Positions 10,084 through 19,478 of a stretch of DNA of 42,728 nt are shown here, piece by piece. The notes under the pieces are model-generated. The model was not told where the DNA came from, did not search any database, and worked only from the letters and a program-made list of their open reading frames with translations. Each line of letters opens with the position of its first letter. The first letter of the stretch is position 1. Where the stretch lies: sequence record DRR723986_6632, one strand, 5' to 3'. Position numbers and translations under genes: made by a program.

Positions 10084-10812
10084 ATGGCTGCCCCTTCCGG
10101 ATTTCTCAATCTCGATCTGCTCGCCCTGTCGCCACCGGGCTGGGGCGGAGTTCTACTCGCCGGCTTCGCAGCCTCGCTGCAGCTCGCCGTCGGCGGTTTT
10201 GGCCTGGGTCTGCTGATCGGTATCGGCGGCGCCTTCGGAAAGCTTTACGGCGGCCCGATCTTGCGCGACCTGCTTGAGGTCTACACCACCGTCATCCGAG
10301 CCGTTCCCGAGCTTGTCCTCATCCTGTTGCTTTATTACGCCGGAACAGACGCGGTGAATTCGCTGCTGATGCTGGTCGGTCTGCCAAGGGTCGACATCAG
10401 CGGCCTTGCCGCCGGCATCTTCGTCATCGGCGTCGTCCAGGGCGCTTACTCGACCGAAGTCCTGCGTGGTGCCATCAAGGCAGTACCTCCCGGACAGATA
10501 GAGGCAGCCCGTGCCTACGGCATGTCGCCCTTCAAGACACTGCGCCGCATCACCTTGCCGGCCATGTTGCCCTATGCCATTCCGGGTCTTTCAAATCTCT
10601 GGCTCATCGCCACCAAGGATACTGCCCTTCTGGCCGTGGTCGGCTTCTCGGAATTGACGCTTGTGACCCGCCAGGCAGCCGGCAGCACCAAGGCCTACAT
10701 GCTGTTCTATTGCGCCGCAGGCGTGATGTATCTCACGCTGACGCTGGTCTCGAACCGCGTCATCGCCCATATCGAAAAACGCGCAAGGCGCGGCATTGCG
10801 GGGCCCGTGTGA
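10084..10812 (+). CDS. Polar amino-acid ABC transporter permease (HisQ-like)
   Basis: TM helices. RAVPELV and EAA loop GQIEAARAYGMS. Confidence 0.93.
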   Translation: MAAPSGFLNLDLLALSPPGWGGVLLAGFAASLQLAVGGFGLGLLIGIGGAFGKLYGGPILRDLLEVYTTVIRAVPELVLILLLYYAGTDAVNSLLMLVGLPRVDISGLAAGIFVIGVVQGAYSTEVLRGAIKAVPPGQIEAARAYGMSPFKTLRRITLPAMLPYAIPGLSNLWLIATKDTALLAVVGFSELTLVTRQAAGSTKAYMLFYCAAGVMYLTLTLVSNRVIAHIEKRARRGIAGPV

Positions 10813-10813
10813 G

Positions 10814-11629
10814 ATGAGCGAAACCAAGATCACAATGCCCGCCTATGTTCCGCCGCCGCCACGCCGACTGCTGGAACCGCACAGGATTTTCCTGCTTGCC
10901 GTCTTCGCAGGCATTGTCTTCTGCGCGATCTGGTTCCTGCGGTGGGACTGGTTGCCGAAATACCAATGGAAGCTGCTCCACGGCATCTGGGAAACACTGT
11001 TTCTGCTGTTTTCGACGGCAGCCGTCGGCTTTCTCCTTGCCATAGGCCTGGGCCTTGTCCAGGTCACCGGACCAAGACCGCTCGCCTGGCTGGCCCGCGG
11101 TTTCTGCACATTGATCCGCGGCACACCGCTGCTTCTGCAACTCTGGCTGCTCTACTACGGCCTCGGCTCGGTGTTCGCGCAGTATCCGGAAATCCGGCAG
11201 TCGATGTTCTGGCCCTATCTGCGCCAGGCCTGGCCGTATGGCTTCACGGCCCTGATGCTGTCATTTGCCGCCTATGAGGGGGAAGTGATGCGCGGAGCGT
11301 TTGCCGGTGTGCCAAGGGGCGAACTGGAAGCCGCGCGTGCCTTTGGCATGGGCCGCTTCACCATGTTCCGCCGCATCTGGCTACCGCGCGCCATCTACCG
11401 TGCCTTGCCGACCTTGAGCGGCGAAACCGTGCTGCAGCTGAAATCGACACCGCTTGTCGCGACCATCACGGTGGTCGATGTCTATGCGATCATTTCAAGA
11501 GTTCGGCAGGATACATATCTCACATATGAGCCTCTGCTGCTGCTCGCACTGATCTATATGTGTCTCACCGGGATTCTGGTATTGCTGTTCCGCTTCCTGG
11601 AAAACCGTATCCCCAGCCGTGGTGCGTAA
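10814..11629 (+). CDS. Polar amino-acid ABC transporter permease (HisM-like)
   Basis: RGTPLLLQL and EAA loop GELEAARAFGM. ATG 10814 follows the previous stop. Confidence 0.93.
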   Translation: MSETKITMPAYVPPPPRRLLEPHRIFLLAVFAGIVFCAIWFLRWDWLPKYQWKLLHGIWETLFLLFSTAAVGFLLAIGLGLVQVTGPRPLAWLARGFCTLIRGTPLLLQLWLLYYGLGSVFAQYPEIRQSMFWPYLRQAWPYGFTALMLSFAAYEGEVMRGAFAGVPRGELEAARAFGMGRFTMFRRIWLPRAIYRALPTLSGETVLQLKSTPLVATITVVDVYAIISRVRQDTYLTYEPLLLLALIYMCLTGILVLLFRFLENRIPSRGA

Positions 11630-12793
11630 ATGACCGTTCAGTCGTCCAACTTCCTTCCCGAAATCGTCGCCACAAGGCGCCATCTGCATACGATCCCCGA
11701 GATCGGCCTGTCGGAATTCAAGACCTCGGACTACGTCGCCAGTGAACTGACTGCGATGGGCTACGAGGTTACGCGTGGTCTGGCAAAAACCGGCATTGTC
11801 GCAACCCTGCGCAATGGCACGTCTTCGAAAAGCATCGGCATTCGTGCGGATTTCGACGCCCTGCCGATCCTGGAGGAAACCGGGGCGGACTATGCCAGCA
11901 CCCATCCCGGCGTCATGCACGCCTGCGGCCATGACGGCCACACGGCCATGCTGCTCGGCGCTGCGAAAATCCTCTCGGAACGCAGGCAGTTCGACGGAAC
12001 GGTGCACCTGATCTTCCAGCCGGCGGAAGAAAACTTCGGCGGCGCAAGGCTGATGATGGACGACGGGCTGTTCGAGCGGTTCCCGTGCGATGCCGTATTC
12101 GGCCTTCACAATGACCCGAGCCTGCCCTTCGGCCAATTTGCCTTCCGGGACGGCCCGATGATGGCAGCTGCCGACGAGTGCAAGATTACCGTTGTCGGCC
12201 ACGGAGGCCATGGCGCCGAACCGCAGGCAGCATCCGACCCGATCGTATGCGGCGCCAGCATCATCATGGCGCTGCAGACTATCGCCGCGCGCAACATCCA
12301 CCCGCTACAGTCTGCCGTGATCACGGTCGGTGCCTTCAACAGTGGGATCGCCAGCAACGTGATCCCCGAGCGGGCGGAAATGAGCCTGACGGTTCGAGCT
12401 TTGGAACCGGATGTGCGCGACGAGCTGGAAAGGCGTATCCGCATGATCGCCGAAGGACAGGCTGCCAGCTACGGCATGCGGGCCGAGGTCGATTATGAGC
12501 GCGGTTATCCGCCGATGATCAACCACACGGCCGAGACCGGCTACCTGCGTGACCTTGCCAGGCGCTTTGCCGGCGAGGAAAAAGTCACAGACCTTACCCG
12601 TCCGTTCATGGGCAGCGAGGACTTTGCCTATTTCCTGGAAGAACGGCCCGGCTGTTACTTCATGCTCGGCACTGCCAGAACCGATCGCGACCCGCCCCTG
12701 CATCACCCCAAGTACGACTTCAATGACGACATCCTGCCTATCGGCACGAGTTTTTGGGTGGAGCTGGCGGAAGATTTCCTGTCGAGCAAGTAA
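11630..12793 (+). CDS. M20 family aminoacylase/amidohydrolase (hippurate hydrolase-like)
   Basis: RADFDALP, MHACGHDGH, FQPAEE, GSEDFA, LHHPKYDFND. Confidence 0.93.
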   Translation: MTVQSSNFLPEIVATRRHLHTIPEIGLSEFKTSDYVASELTAMGYEVTRGLAKTGIVATLRNGTSSKSIGIRADFDALPILEETGADYASTHPGVMHACGHDGHTAMLLGAAKILSERRQFDGTVHLIFQPAEENFGGARLMMDDGLFERFPCDAVFGLHNDPSLPFGQFAFRDGPMMAAADECKITVVGHGGHGAEPQAASDPIVCGASIIMALQTIAARNIHPLQSAVITVGAFNSGIASNVIPERAEMSLTVRALEPDVRDELERRIRMIAEGQAASYGMRAEVDYERGYPPMINHTAETGYLRDLARRFAGEEKVTDLTRPFMGSEDFAYFLEERPGCYFMLGTARTDRDPPLHHPKYDFNDDILPIGTSFWVELAEDFLSSK

Positions 12794-13206
12794 CGCACGG
12801 GAACTCACCACAATTTGAACCAGCCTGCAAACGGAGCGTCTGGTGAAATTTCACCGGCCATACGCCTTCCTTTTGCAACTGGACGAAGTTTCCCGAAATA
12901 GTGGGCAGGCCACCTGGCCTGCCCTATCCTGTTGTTTTGCGGCAGGAAACCCCTTCTCGGCCGGAGCATTTCGCTTCACCTGCGAAATTCAATCGCACAC
13001 ACGTCGGGTCACCACCGCTTCAAAGCTCTCACAGCAGTCTCATGAGACGGCAAGCCCGATCGCCAGGCAGGCGATGGCGCGAATTTTTGCTTCACTAAAC
13101 CTCTGCACTTGATAGGATGTAGTGTGCCTCCGACAATGCAAATTTTATCAATTATCTGATGAAAGTGTCATAGAACGCTAAGTCAGTTTTAAAAATTCGG
13201 TGAAGT

Positions 13207-13980
13207 ATGGCAGAGATTACCAAGCGTAAGATGCTCGGTTTCCTATCATTTATTGCGTCAATTTTGGTGGCCTGGCTAACAGGCGCGACAAGTTCGGCCA
13301 AGGCTAGCACCCAGGTCCTGAACGATCCTGTCAAGAATACGTCCTGGCAGATTTCGAACGCACAGCAGATTTTTTCAAGGAGCACGATGCTGCCCTTTGA
13401 TGAGTCATTTGACCCGTCAGCCGCAGGCAGCAAGCTGGAAAATCCAAACAGCAAGCCGATCACCATCGCCGCTTACGAAAGCGAATCCCCAAGCGTCAAG
13501 GCAGGTTCCGGCAAGGAAGCAGTCAGACCGTTTTTCCTCATTCCGAAAGGCGATGGAGAACCGACAACCGTGGCCCGGGAACGAGCCATTCTCGAGCGGT
13601 TCCTGAACAACCGTGTTCGGGTCAACAACGCCTGTGAACGCTGCAAGCAGAAGGTATTGCGCGGTATCGAACCCGTTCGATGCATTACCGAAGTCCTGCA
13701 GGATCTGGAAAATCGGCTGGCGCGGGAAGCGGAAAACGGAAGCGCCGTTGCACAGTCTGCCCTGCCGATTGTTCGCGAAATGGTCGTCAAAGTCGAGCAG
13801 GCCGAAAGTGGCGAAGCAGCTCTTGAAGCGGTTCGCGAAGGCATCAGCAAGGTTCAGCGCATTCAGATCGTCCGGTCCCAGGACACCGTCATCACGAACC
13901 TGCAGCAGCAACAGCGAGCTGTCCTGACCGAGACCATCGCAGCGGTCGAAGTCAATCTGGCGTCCATGATTTCAATTTGA
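13207..13980 (+). CDS. Hypothetical exported protein with helical C-terminus and CxxC
   Basis: 257-aa ORF. N-terminus TKRKMLG plus hydrophobic stretch plus AKA. Contains ACERC. Abuts the caspase gene. Confidence 0.7.
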   Translation: MAEITKRKMLGFLSFIASILVAWLTGATSSAKASTQVLNDPVKNTSWQISNAQQIFSRSTMLPFDESFDPSAAGSKLENPNSKPITIAAYESESPSVKAGSGKEAVRPFFLIPKGDGEPTTVARERAILERFLNNRVRVNNACERCKQKVLRGIEPVRCITEVLQDLENRLAREAENGSAVAQSALPIVREMVVKVEQAESGEAALEAVREGISKVQRIQIVRSQDTVITNLQQQQRAVLTETIAAVEVNLASMISI

Positions 13981-13985
13981 GCGGA

Positions 13986-15977
13986 ATGCGGTTCCAAACC
14001 ATGAAATTGCATTTGGTCCGGCAACTTCTCGAGAAGGTCTTGCTTCTGTCAGGCCTGATACTCGTTGTCTCGGTTTCCTTACCTGAAACCTCACGAGCCC
14101 AGCAGCTTGTACCCGACACGCGTATGGCGCTGATCGTCGGCAATTCCAACTACAATGGCGAGAAACTCCCCAATGCACGCAATGATGCGGAGAGTATCGC
14201 TGCAACCCTGCAGACCCTTCGCTTCGACGTCACCTTGATCCTGGATGCAACGCAGGAGGACTTCTTGAAGAAGGCCGAAGAGTTCTCCCAGGCAACCATT
14301 CGGCGCAGCGCGAACGTCGTGCTGGTCTATTACGCCGGGCATGGCGTTCAACTGGCGGGCAAGAACTATCTCATTCCGGTAGATTCACGGATCAGTGACA
14401 TCGATACGCTTGTCAGCGACAGCATTCATTTCGATGAGCTGCTCAAGCTTGTCGGGCGCAGCAGCGCCTTCAAGATGGTCTTCCTGGACGCCTGCCAGAA
14501 CAATCCGTTTCAGGATCGCATTAAGAGCCTGGAAGTGGGCCTGGCGCCGCCGCCGGATGTCAGCGGATTTCTGATCGGCTACGCCACACAACCGGGCAAG
14601 GTTGCCTATGATGGCGCGGGTGACAACAGTCCCTACGCGACGGCGCTCCTGTCCTACATGCACTCCTCCGGACGCGAGGTCCTGTCCGTGCTGGCGGACG
14701 TGAACCAGAACGTACGCAAGGAAACCGGTGGCGCCCAGGTGCCTTACGTGCAGTTCTCGGTCAAACCCGATTTCTATTTCAAGCCGGGCCCGGAGTCGGA
14801 CGGCGACCTTGAAGCGGGCCTGTGGAAGCTGTCGGTGCAGCAGGAAGATCCAAGGCTGATCCAGCTGTACCTGCAGCGCTATCCGGAAGGCAGGTTTGTC
14901 GATGAAGCGCAAACGATCCTCGAAAGAGCGCTGAAGGACACGAACGGCGTCCTCCCGACGCCATCGGTCGGCCTCGCAAGTCTGGAAGAGGAAATCTGGT
15001 CCAACGCCCTGGCCTCCCGTAACCGGGCCCTGCTGCAGTATTACATCGAGCGATTTCCGGACGGGCAATATCTGGAGCAGGCCAAAACGCTTGTCACCCA
15101 GATGATGCCCGACAATCCGAACAATCTGACGCAATCCGAACTGTGCAGGCGGTTCGCCACACACCCGAACGATTCAACCGTCATCTACCGGGGCGTCTCT
15201 CTCAACCTTCTGGCAAAGAACTCCGGGGCGGCCATTCATTCCTGCGAGCAGGCCGTCAAGGACTATCCGGATGTGCCGCACTACAAGGCCCTGCTGGCTC
15301 GGGCACGGGCAGCTGCCGGCGATACCAAGATTGCCGTCGATCTCTATCAGCAGGCAGCAGCTGCAGGCGACACAAGGGCACTCGTCAGCCTTGGCCTCCT
15401 CTACGAACTCGGCCAGGGGCTGCCCAAGGACCTGCTGAAAGCCCGCGAATTGTTCGAACGCGCCTATGCCAACGGCAGCGCCGACGGCGCCATCAACCTT
15501 GCAGTTTCCCTCTATAACGGCACAGGTGGGGCGCGCGATGTTCCGCGTGCAATCACCCTTCTGGAATACGCCTCCTCGGAAGGTGCCGCCAGAGCGACCT
15601 ACAATCTGGGCGTCTTTGCCAAGGAAGGCATTTACAAGACCCCCGAAGACGCAGCGGCCTATTTCGAACTGGCCGCACAGCAGGGATACGCGGAAGGCGC
15701 CCTTGCCGCCGCTGCGATTTACGACGAAGGATTCCACACCGACAAATCACCACAAAAGGCATCGGAACTGTTGTTGTCCGCATTGACCGTGGACAGCGGC
15801 GAAACACTTGCGAAGATTTCCTCCGACGCCCGCAGCTGGTCGCGCGATACCATCCTTGAAATCCAGACCAGACTGCAGTCTGCCGGATACTACGAGGGCA
15901 CGCTGGATGGTGTTCCGGGCCCTCTTTTCAACCGCGGACTGGAGTCCTGGCGGCTCTATGGCGGCTCCCCATCGTGA
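13986..15977 (+). CDS. Caspase-like peptidase C14 with Sel1 repeats and C-terminal peptidoglycan-binding domain
   Basis: RMALIVGNSNY, catalytic dyad YYAGHG / FLDACQNNP. Sel1 repeats LGLLYELGQGLPKD and LAVSLYNGTGGARD. IQTRLQSAGYYEGTLDGVPGP PG-binding motif. Start uncertain (13977/13986/14001). Confidence 0.9.
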   Translation: MRFQTMKLHLVRQLLEKVLLLSGLILVVSVSLPETSRAQQLVPDTRMALIVGNSNYNGEKLPNARNDAESIAATLQTLRFDVTLILDATQEDFLKKAEEFSQATIRRSANVVLVYYAGHGVQLAGKNYLIPVDSRISDIDTLVSDSIHFDELLKLVGRSSAFKMVFLDACQNNPFQDRIKSLEVGLAPPPDVSGFLIGYATQPGKVAYDGAGDNSPYATALLSYMHSSGREVLSVLADVNQNVRKETGGAQVPYVQFSVKPDFYFKPGPESDGDLEAGLWKLSVQQEDPRLIQLYLQRYPEGRFVDEAQTILERALKDTNGVLPTPSVGLASLEEEIWSNALASRNRALLQYYIERFPDGQYLEQAKTLVTQMMPDNPNNLTQSELCRRFATHPNDSTVIYRGVSLNLLAKNSGAAIHSCEQAVKDYPDVPHYKALLARARAAAGDTKIAVDLYQQAAAAGDTRALVSLGLLYELGQGLPKDLLKARELFERAYANGSADGAINLAVSLYNGTGGARDVPRAITLLEYASSEGAARATYNLGVFAKEGIYKTPEDAAAYFELAAQQGYAEGALAAAAIYDEGFHTDKSPQKASELLLSALTVDSGETLAKISSDARSWSRDTILEIQTRLQSAGYYEGTLDGVPGPLFNRGLESWRLYGGSPS

Positions 15978-16024
15978 TTTCCGGCAAGATCGTTTGATGG
16001 ATTTCCTGGGGAGCCGACCGGCAC

Positions 16025-18208
16025 ATGGAATTTGACGTCCTTTACCTGGCCGACCTGCGCTTTCCCGGCGGAACGTCCACATCGCTCAAATATGATCTTC
16101 GCGCCTGCAAGCAAGCCGGGCTGAGAGCTGGTATCATACCGCTGTGTTCCACTTTTTTTTCCCGAAACCGGACCTTGAACGCATCCGTGCTCGCCGAGAT
16201 CAGGGCTACCGGCACCGTCATTGTTCCGCAGAACGAAAGACCGCGGTCCAGGGTCGCGCTTTTGTATCACCCGACCTTGCTGGACAAACGGGTGCAATGC
16301 CGCACCCGTTTCGATGCGGATGCCTGCTACCTTGTCGTGCACCAGACGATACGAAACCGCGACGGACAACGTGCCTTTCCGGCAGATCACTGGTCGACGC
16401 TCATCTCCGACTGGTATGGCCACTCGCTCAAACTCCTGCCGGTGAGCGAGATCGTGCGCGAAGACCTTGTGATGAACGGCCTGTCCCACGCCCTTCATGA
16501 GGGCAGCTGGGCCAATCTGATCGATCTGGCAGACTATCCGGAGAAACAATCCCAGGAACCGAAATCCCCTCTGGTCATCGGCCGCCACAGTCGCCCCAGC
16601 GCCGACAAATGGCCGTCTCTATCGGTTGCCACGACCTGCTATCCGCAATCCACTGACTTTTCCTTCCGCATGATGGGCGTGCCGCAGAGCTTCGTGGACC
16701 AGTTCGAAGACCTGCCGTCCAACTGGCAGGTTCTGCCGTTCTCGAAGGGACCGATTTCCGGGTTTCTTCAAGGGCTCGACATCTACAGCTATTTTCATTC
16801 CAAAGCGCTGATCGAGGCGTTCGGGTATTGTGTGCTCGAAGCCCTTGCCACCGGACTGCCCTGCGTCGTTCCGCGGTATATGGAAACCAGTTTTTCCGAT
16901 GCCTGCCTTTATGCCGAGCCAGACGAAGCACCACTGGTCTATGAGCAGCTTCGAACGGATCCTAAGCTCTATGAAACGACCTCCCGAAAGGCACGCACAT
17001 TTGTGGAGGAGCGGTTTGGCCTGGACCAGTTCACCGCGAAATTCGAAAAAATCGCCGGACCCTCCGTCGCCGCCCTGCCTGCCCCGAAAACACGCAGACC
17101 CGCCCCTGCCCCGGTCGTGCTTACGATCACTTCCAACGGTGTCGGCCTCGGGCATCTCTCTCGGCAGCTTGCCATTGCCAGGGCGATCGGCCCGCGTGCG
17201 AATGTCGTTTTCTTCTCGCTTTCCGAAGCAATCGAAATTGCAAGATCCATGGGATATCTCGCCGAATTCCGGCCTTTCCGGCAGAGACTGGAATTGGATT
17301 TCAAAGCCTGGAACAGCTATTTCTTTCAGGAAATGCGCGAGGCGCTCAGCCACTACCAGCCTTGCCTCACACTGTTTGACGGCAACTTGCCGTACGCAGG
17401 TTTCGTGGACGCGGTTGAAAGCTACGGCCGCGCCACCAGCGTCTGGATCCGGCGCGGCCTCTGGCGCACGCCCCAGCCCAACAGCATCTCCCGGGAAGGC
17501 TTCTTCGACGCGATCATCGAACCCGGGGAACTCTGCGCACCTCTGGACGAAGGCTATTCACGCCCCAACCCCAACAGCGTCACCCGGGTCGACCCGGTGT
17601 TGATGACGCCGAGAGATCAGCTCTTTGACAGAACCACCGCAAGGCGGGCGCTGAACCTGCCGGACGACGCGATCCTTTGTCTCGTGCAACTTGGCTCGGA
17701 AGCAAATTTCGACATGTCCCTTCCCCGGGCACGTCTGCTGGAGTTTCTGGACAGGCATCCGCAGGTGATCGCAGTCGATGTCAGGTCCCCGCTTCATTTC
17801 GAGGAGCACGCGGATTTCCATGAGCGCCTGGTGATGCGGAAGGTCTATCCGCTCGGGCAGTACCTGAAAGCCTTCGACTTTGCCGTCTGCGCGGCCGGAT
17901 ACAATACCTTTCATGAAAACATTGCCGCAGCGCTGCCGTCGATCTTCATTCCGAACAGCAACCCGATCATGGATGTGCAGGAGGCCCGCGCGGAATATGG
18001 CGCGCGCGCAGGGTGGAACCTCACCTCACCTGCCGAGGATCCATACGCAATCGGAGACCATCTTGTGCAGATGCTCGATCCCGATTTCCGCCAATCGCTG
18101 GCTCGGTCGTGCCTCAGAAAGTCCGGCTGGTGGAACGGTGCGCAGCAGACTGCACATCTGTTGCAGGCGGTCGCTCAGCTTCCCGCAAATCCCCTGGAGG
18201 AGCGTTGA
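16025..18208 (+). CDS. Two-domain GT-B glycosyltransferase (GT4-like N-half, GT28/SpsG-like C-half)
   Basis: EAFGYCVLEALATGLP (GT4 Ex7E motif). Second domain has TSNGVGLGHLSR and AAGYNTFHE. Confidence 0.85.
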   Translation: MEFDVLYLADLRFPGGTSTSLKYDLRACKQAGLRAGIIPLCSTFFSRNRTLNASVLAEIRATGTVIVPQNERPRSRVALLYHPTLLDKRVQCRTRFDADACYLVVHQTIRNRDGQRAFPADHWSTLISDWYGHSLKLLPVSEIVREDLVMNGLSHALHEGSWANLIDLADYPEKQSQEPKSPLVIGRHSRPSADKWPSLSVATTCYPQSTDFSFRMMGVPQSFVDQFEDLPSNWQVLPFSKGPISGFLQGLDIYSYFHSKALIEAFGYCVLEALATGLPCVVPRYMETSFSDACLYAEPDEAPLVYEQLRTDPKLYETTSRKARTFVEERFGLDQFTAKFEKIAGPSVAALPAPKTRRPAPAPVVLTITSNGVGLGHLSRQLAIARAIGPRANVVFFSLSEAIEIARSMGYLAEFRPFRQRLELDFKAWNSYFFQEMREALSHYQPCLTLFDGNLPYAGFVDAVESYGRATSVWIRRGLWRTPQPNSISREGFFDAIIEPGELCAPLDEGYSRPNPNSVTRVDPVLMTPRDQLFDRTTARRALNLPDDAILCLVQLGSEANFDMSLPRARLLEFLDRHPQVIAVDVRSPLHFEEHADFHERLVMRKVYPLGQYLKAFDFAVCAAGYNTFHENIAAALPSIFIPNSNPIMDVQEARAEYGARAGWNLTSPAEDPYAIGDHLVQMLDPDFRQSLARSCLRKSGWWNGAQQTAHLLQAVAQLPANPLEER

Positions 18209-18211
18209 ACC

Positions 18212-18661
18212 GTGTCTTTCAAACGCAGCCTTCGCAAGATCGGACTACGGGTTGCCCTCGGCAGCATCCGGAAACTTGAAACCAACACCAAGCACAGCGC
18301 AGCCCTTTTGTCGGAACACCGCAGACAAGGAACAGTCGCGCTTGTCTGGGCGCTCGATGAGGCAGGCGATCACCTGTCCAGCGCGCTGAAAGACCAGTTG
18401 GAGAAGCTCGCGGAGTTCGAAACGATCGTCGTCGTGTGCCCGCCCAGGTACTTCTCCGCACTCAGAAGCAGAGGCCTCTTTTTCGAAACCCTGCCGATGT
18501 CTTCGGATCTTCCCCGATGTGGTGCCTCGGCCAACTGGGACCTCTATCTCGAACGCCGGATAGCCCGCATCCGGGAGAGCTGGTCGCCGGATTTCGAGTT
18601 CACCATCGGCACGTCGCCGGAAGGCTATGTTCAATCGCTGCCGAAAGGGGATCAGACATAA
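18212..18661 (+). CDS. Hypothetical protein
   Basis: 149-aa ORF starting 3 bp after the GT stop on the same strand; converges on the next gene. Confidence 0.6.
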   Translation: MSFKRSLRKIGLRVALGSIRKLETNTKHSAALLSEHRRQGTVALVWALDEAGDHLSSALKDQLEKLAEFETIVVVCPPRYFSALRSRGLFFETLPMSSDLPRCGASANWDLYLERRIARIRESWSPDFEFTIGTSPEGYVQSLPKGDQT

Positions 18662-19473
18662 CCATCCGCTGAAAAGACGGCGGGCTCGGCAAAGGCATAA
18701 TCGAGCAAGGAGGCTTGATGAAGAGCGTCCCGCATGTGCTCGCCGTTGCCAATCGACCGGAAAGGATCGGCTTCCCGCTCCTGCTTGAAATCCGGGATCA
18801 GGCTGAATTCGAAGGCGGACAGCTCACAGATGCCCTCATACTTCCGCTGCAGGCTGTAAAAGGCGGTCCGGGTCGGTTGGTTGAGATCAGCGCCATAGGA
18901 AAGATGCCGAACGTCCAGCCCCGCAGTCAGCGCCTTTTCCGACAGGACCTGAAACCAGTCGTCAGTGGCTCTGGCGTCTTCCAGGAATCCTTCCATCGTT
19001 ATTTCCGATTTCAGGGACGTGGTATCGACCCACTTCCAGGCCCCAAGCTGCCGTGCCTTTACGAGAGAGACATATCTGGCAAACCTCTGCCTTGTGAGAA
19101 AGGTGCAGGAGCAGTCAAACCGGAACAAAATGTCTTCGATCGGCCTGCCGGCCAATTGCTTCGGCAGGATCGAATAGCACAGATAGTCCTGTCCAAGGCG
19201 GTCGCAAACCCTGGCGAGCGCACTCAGCATGAAGACCGGATCGTCCCTGAAAAAGTTGGCCAGCGCTCTTGCCTTGCCCGGGTCGACCTCAATGCCGCTT
19301 TCTTCTTCCAGCATTGCGATGAAATCCGGCGTCTGGGCTTCAAGACCAAACGGGGACGACGGGTTGAACAGCTCGCCAAGAACGACAGCCTTTTCAAGTC
19401 CGTTCCGCATCATGGTCTGGTGCAGATGCGTGCCGCTTCTTCCCGATGAAAGCAGGATGAGATGATGCACCAT
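18652..19473 (-). CDS. Sulfotransferase-fold protein (Stf0-like)
   Basis: 5'-PSB loop LSSGRSGTH, GELFNP, 3'-PB-like LTRQRFARYVS. Confidence 0.65.
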   Translation of the reverse strand: MVHHLILLSSGRSGTHLHQTMMRNGLEKAVVLGELFNPSSPFGLEAQTPDFIAMLEEESGIEVDPGKARALANFFRDDPVFMLSALARVCDRLGQDYLCYSILPKQLAGRPIEDILFRFDCSCTFLTRQRFARYVSLVKARQLGAWKWVDTTSLKSEITMEGFLEDARATDDWFQVLSEKALTAGLDVRHLSYGADLNQPTRTAFYSLQRKYEGICELSAFEFSLIPDFKQEREADPFRSIGNGEHMRDALHQASLLDYAFAEPAVFSADGYV

Positions 19474-19478
19474 GGACT

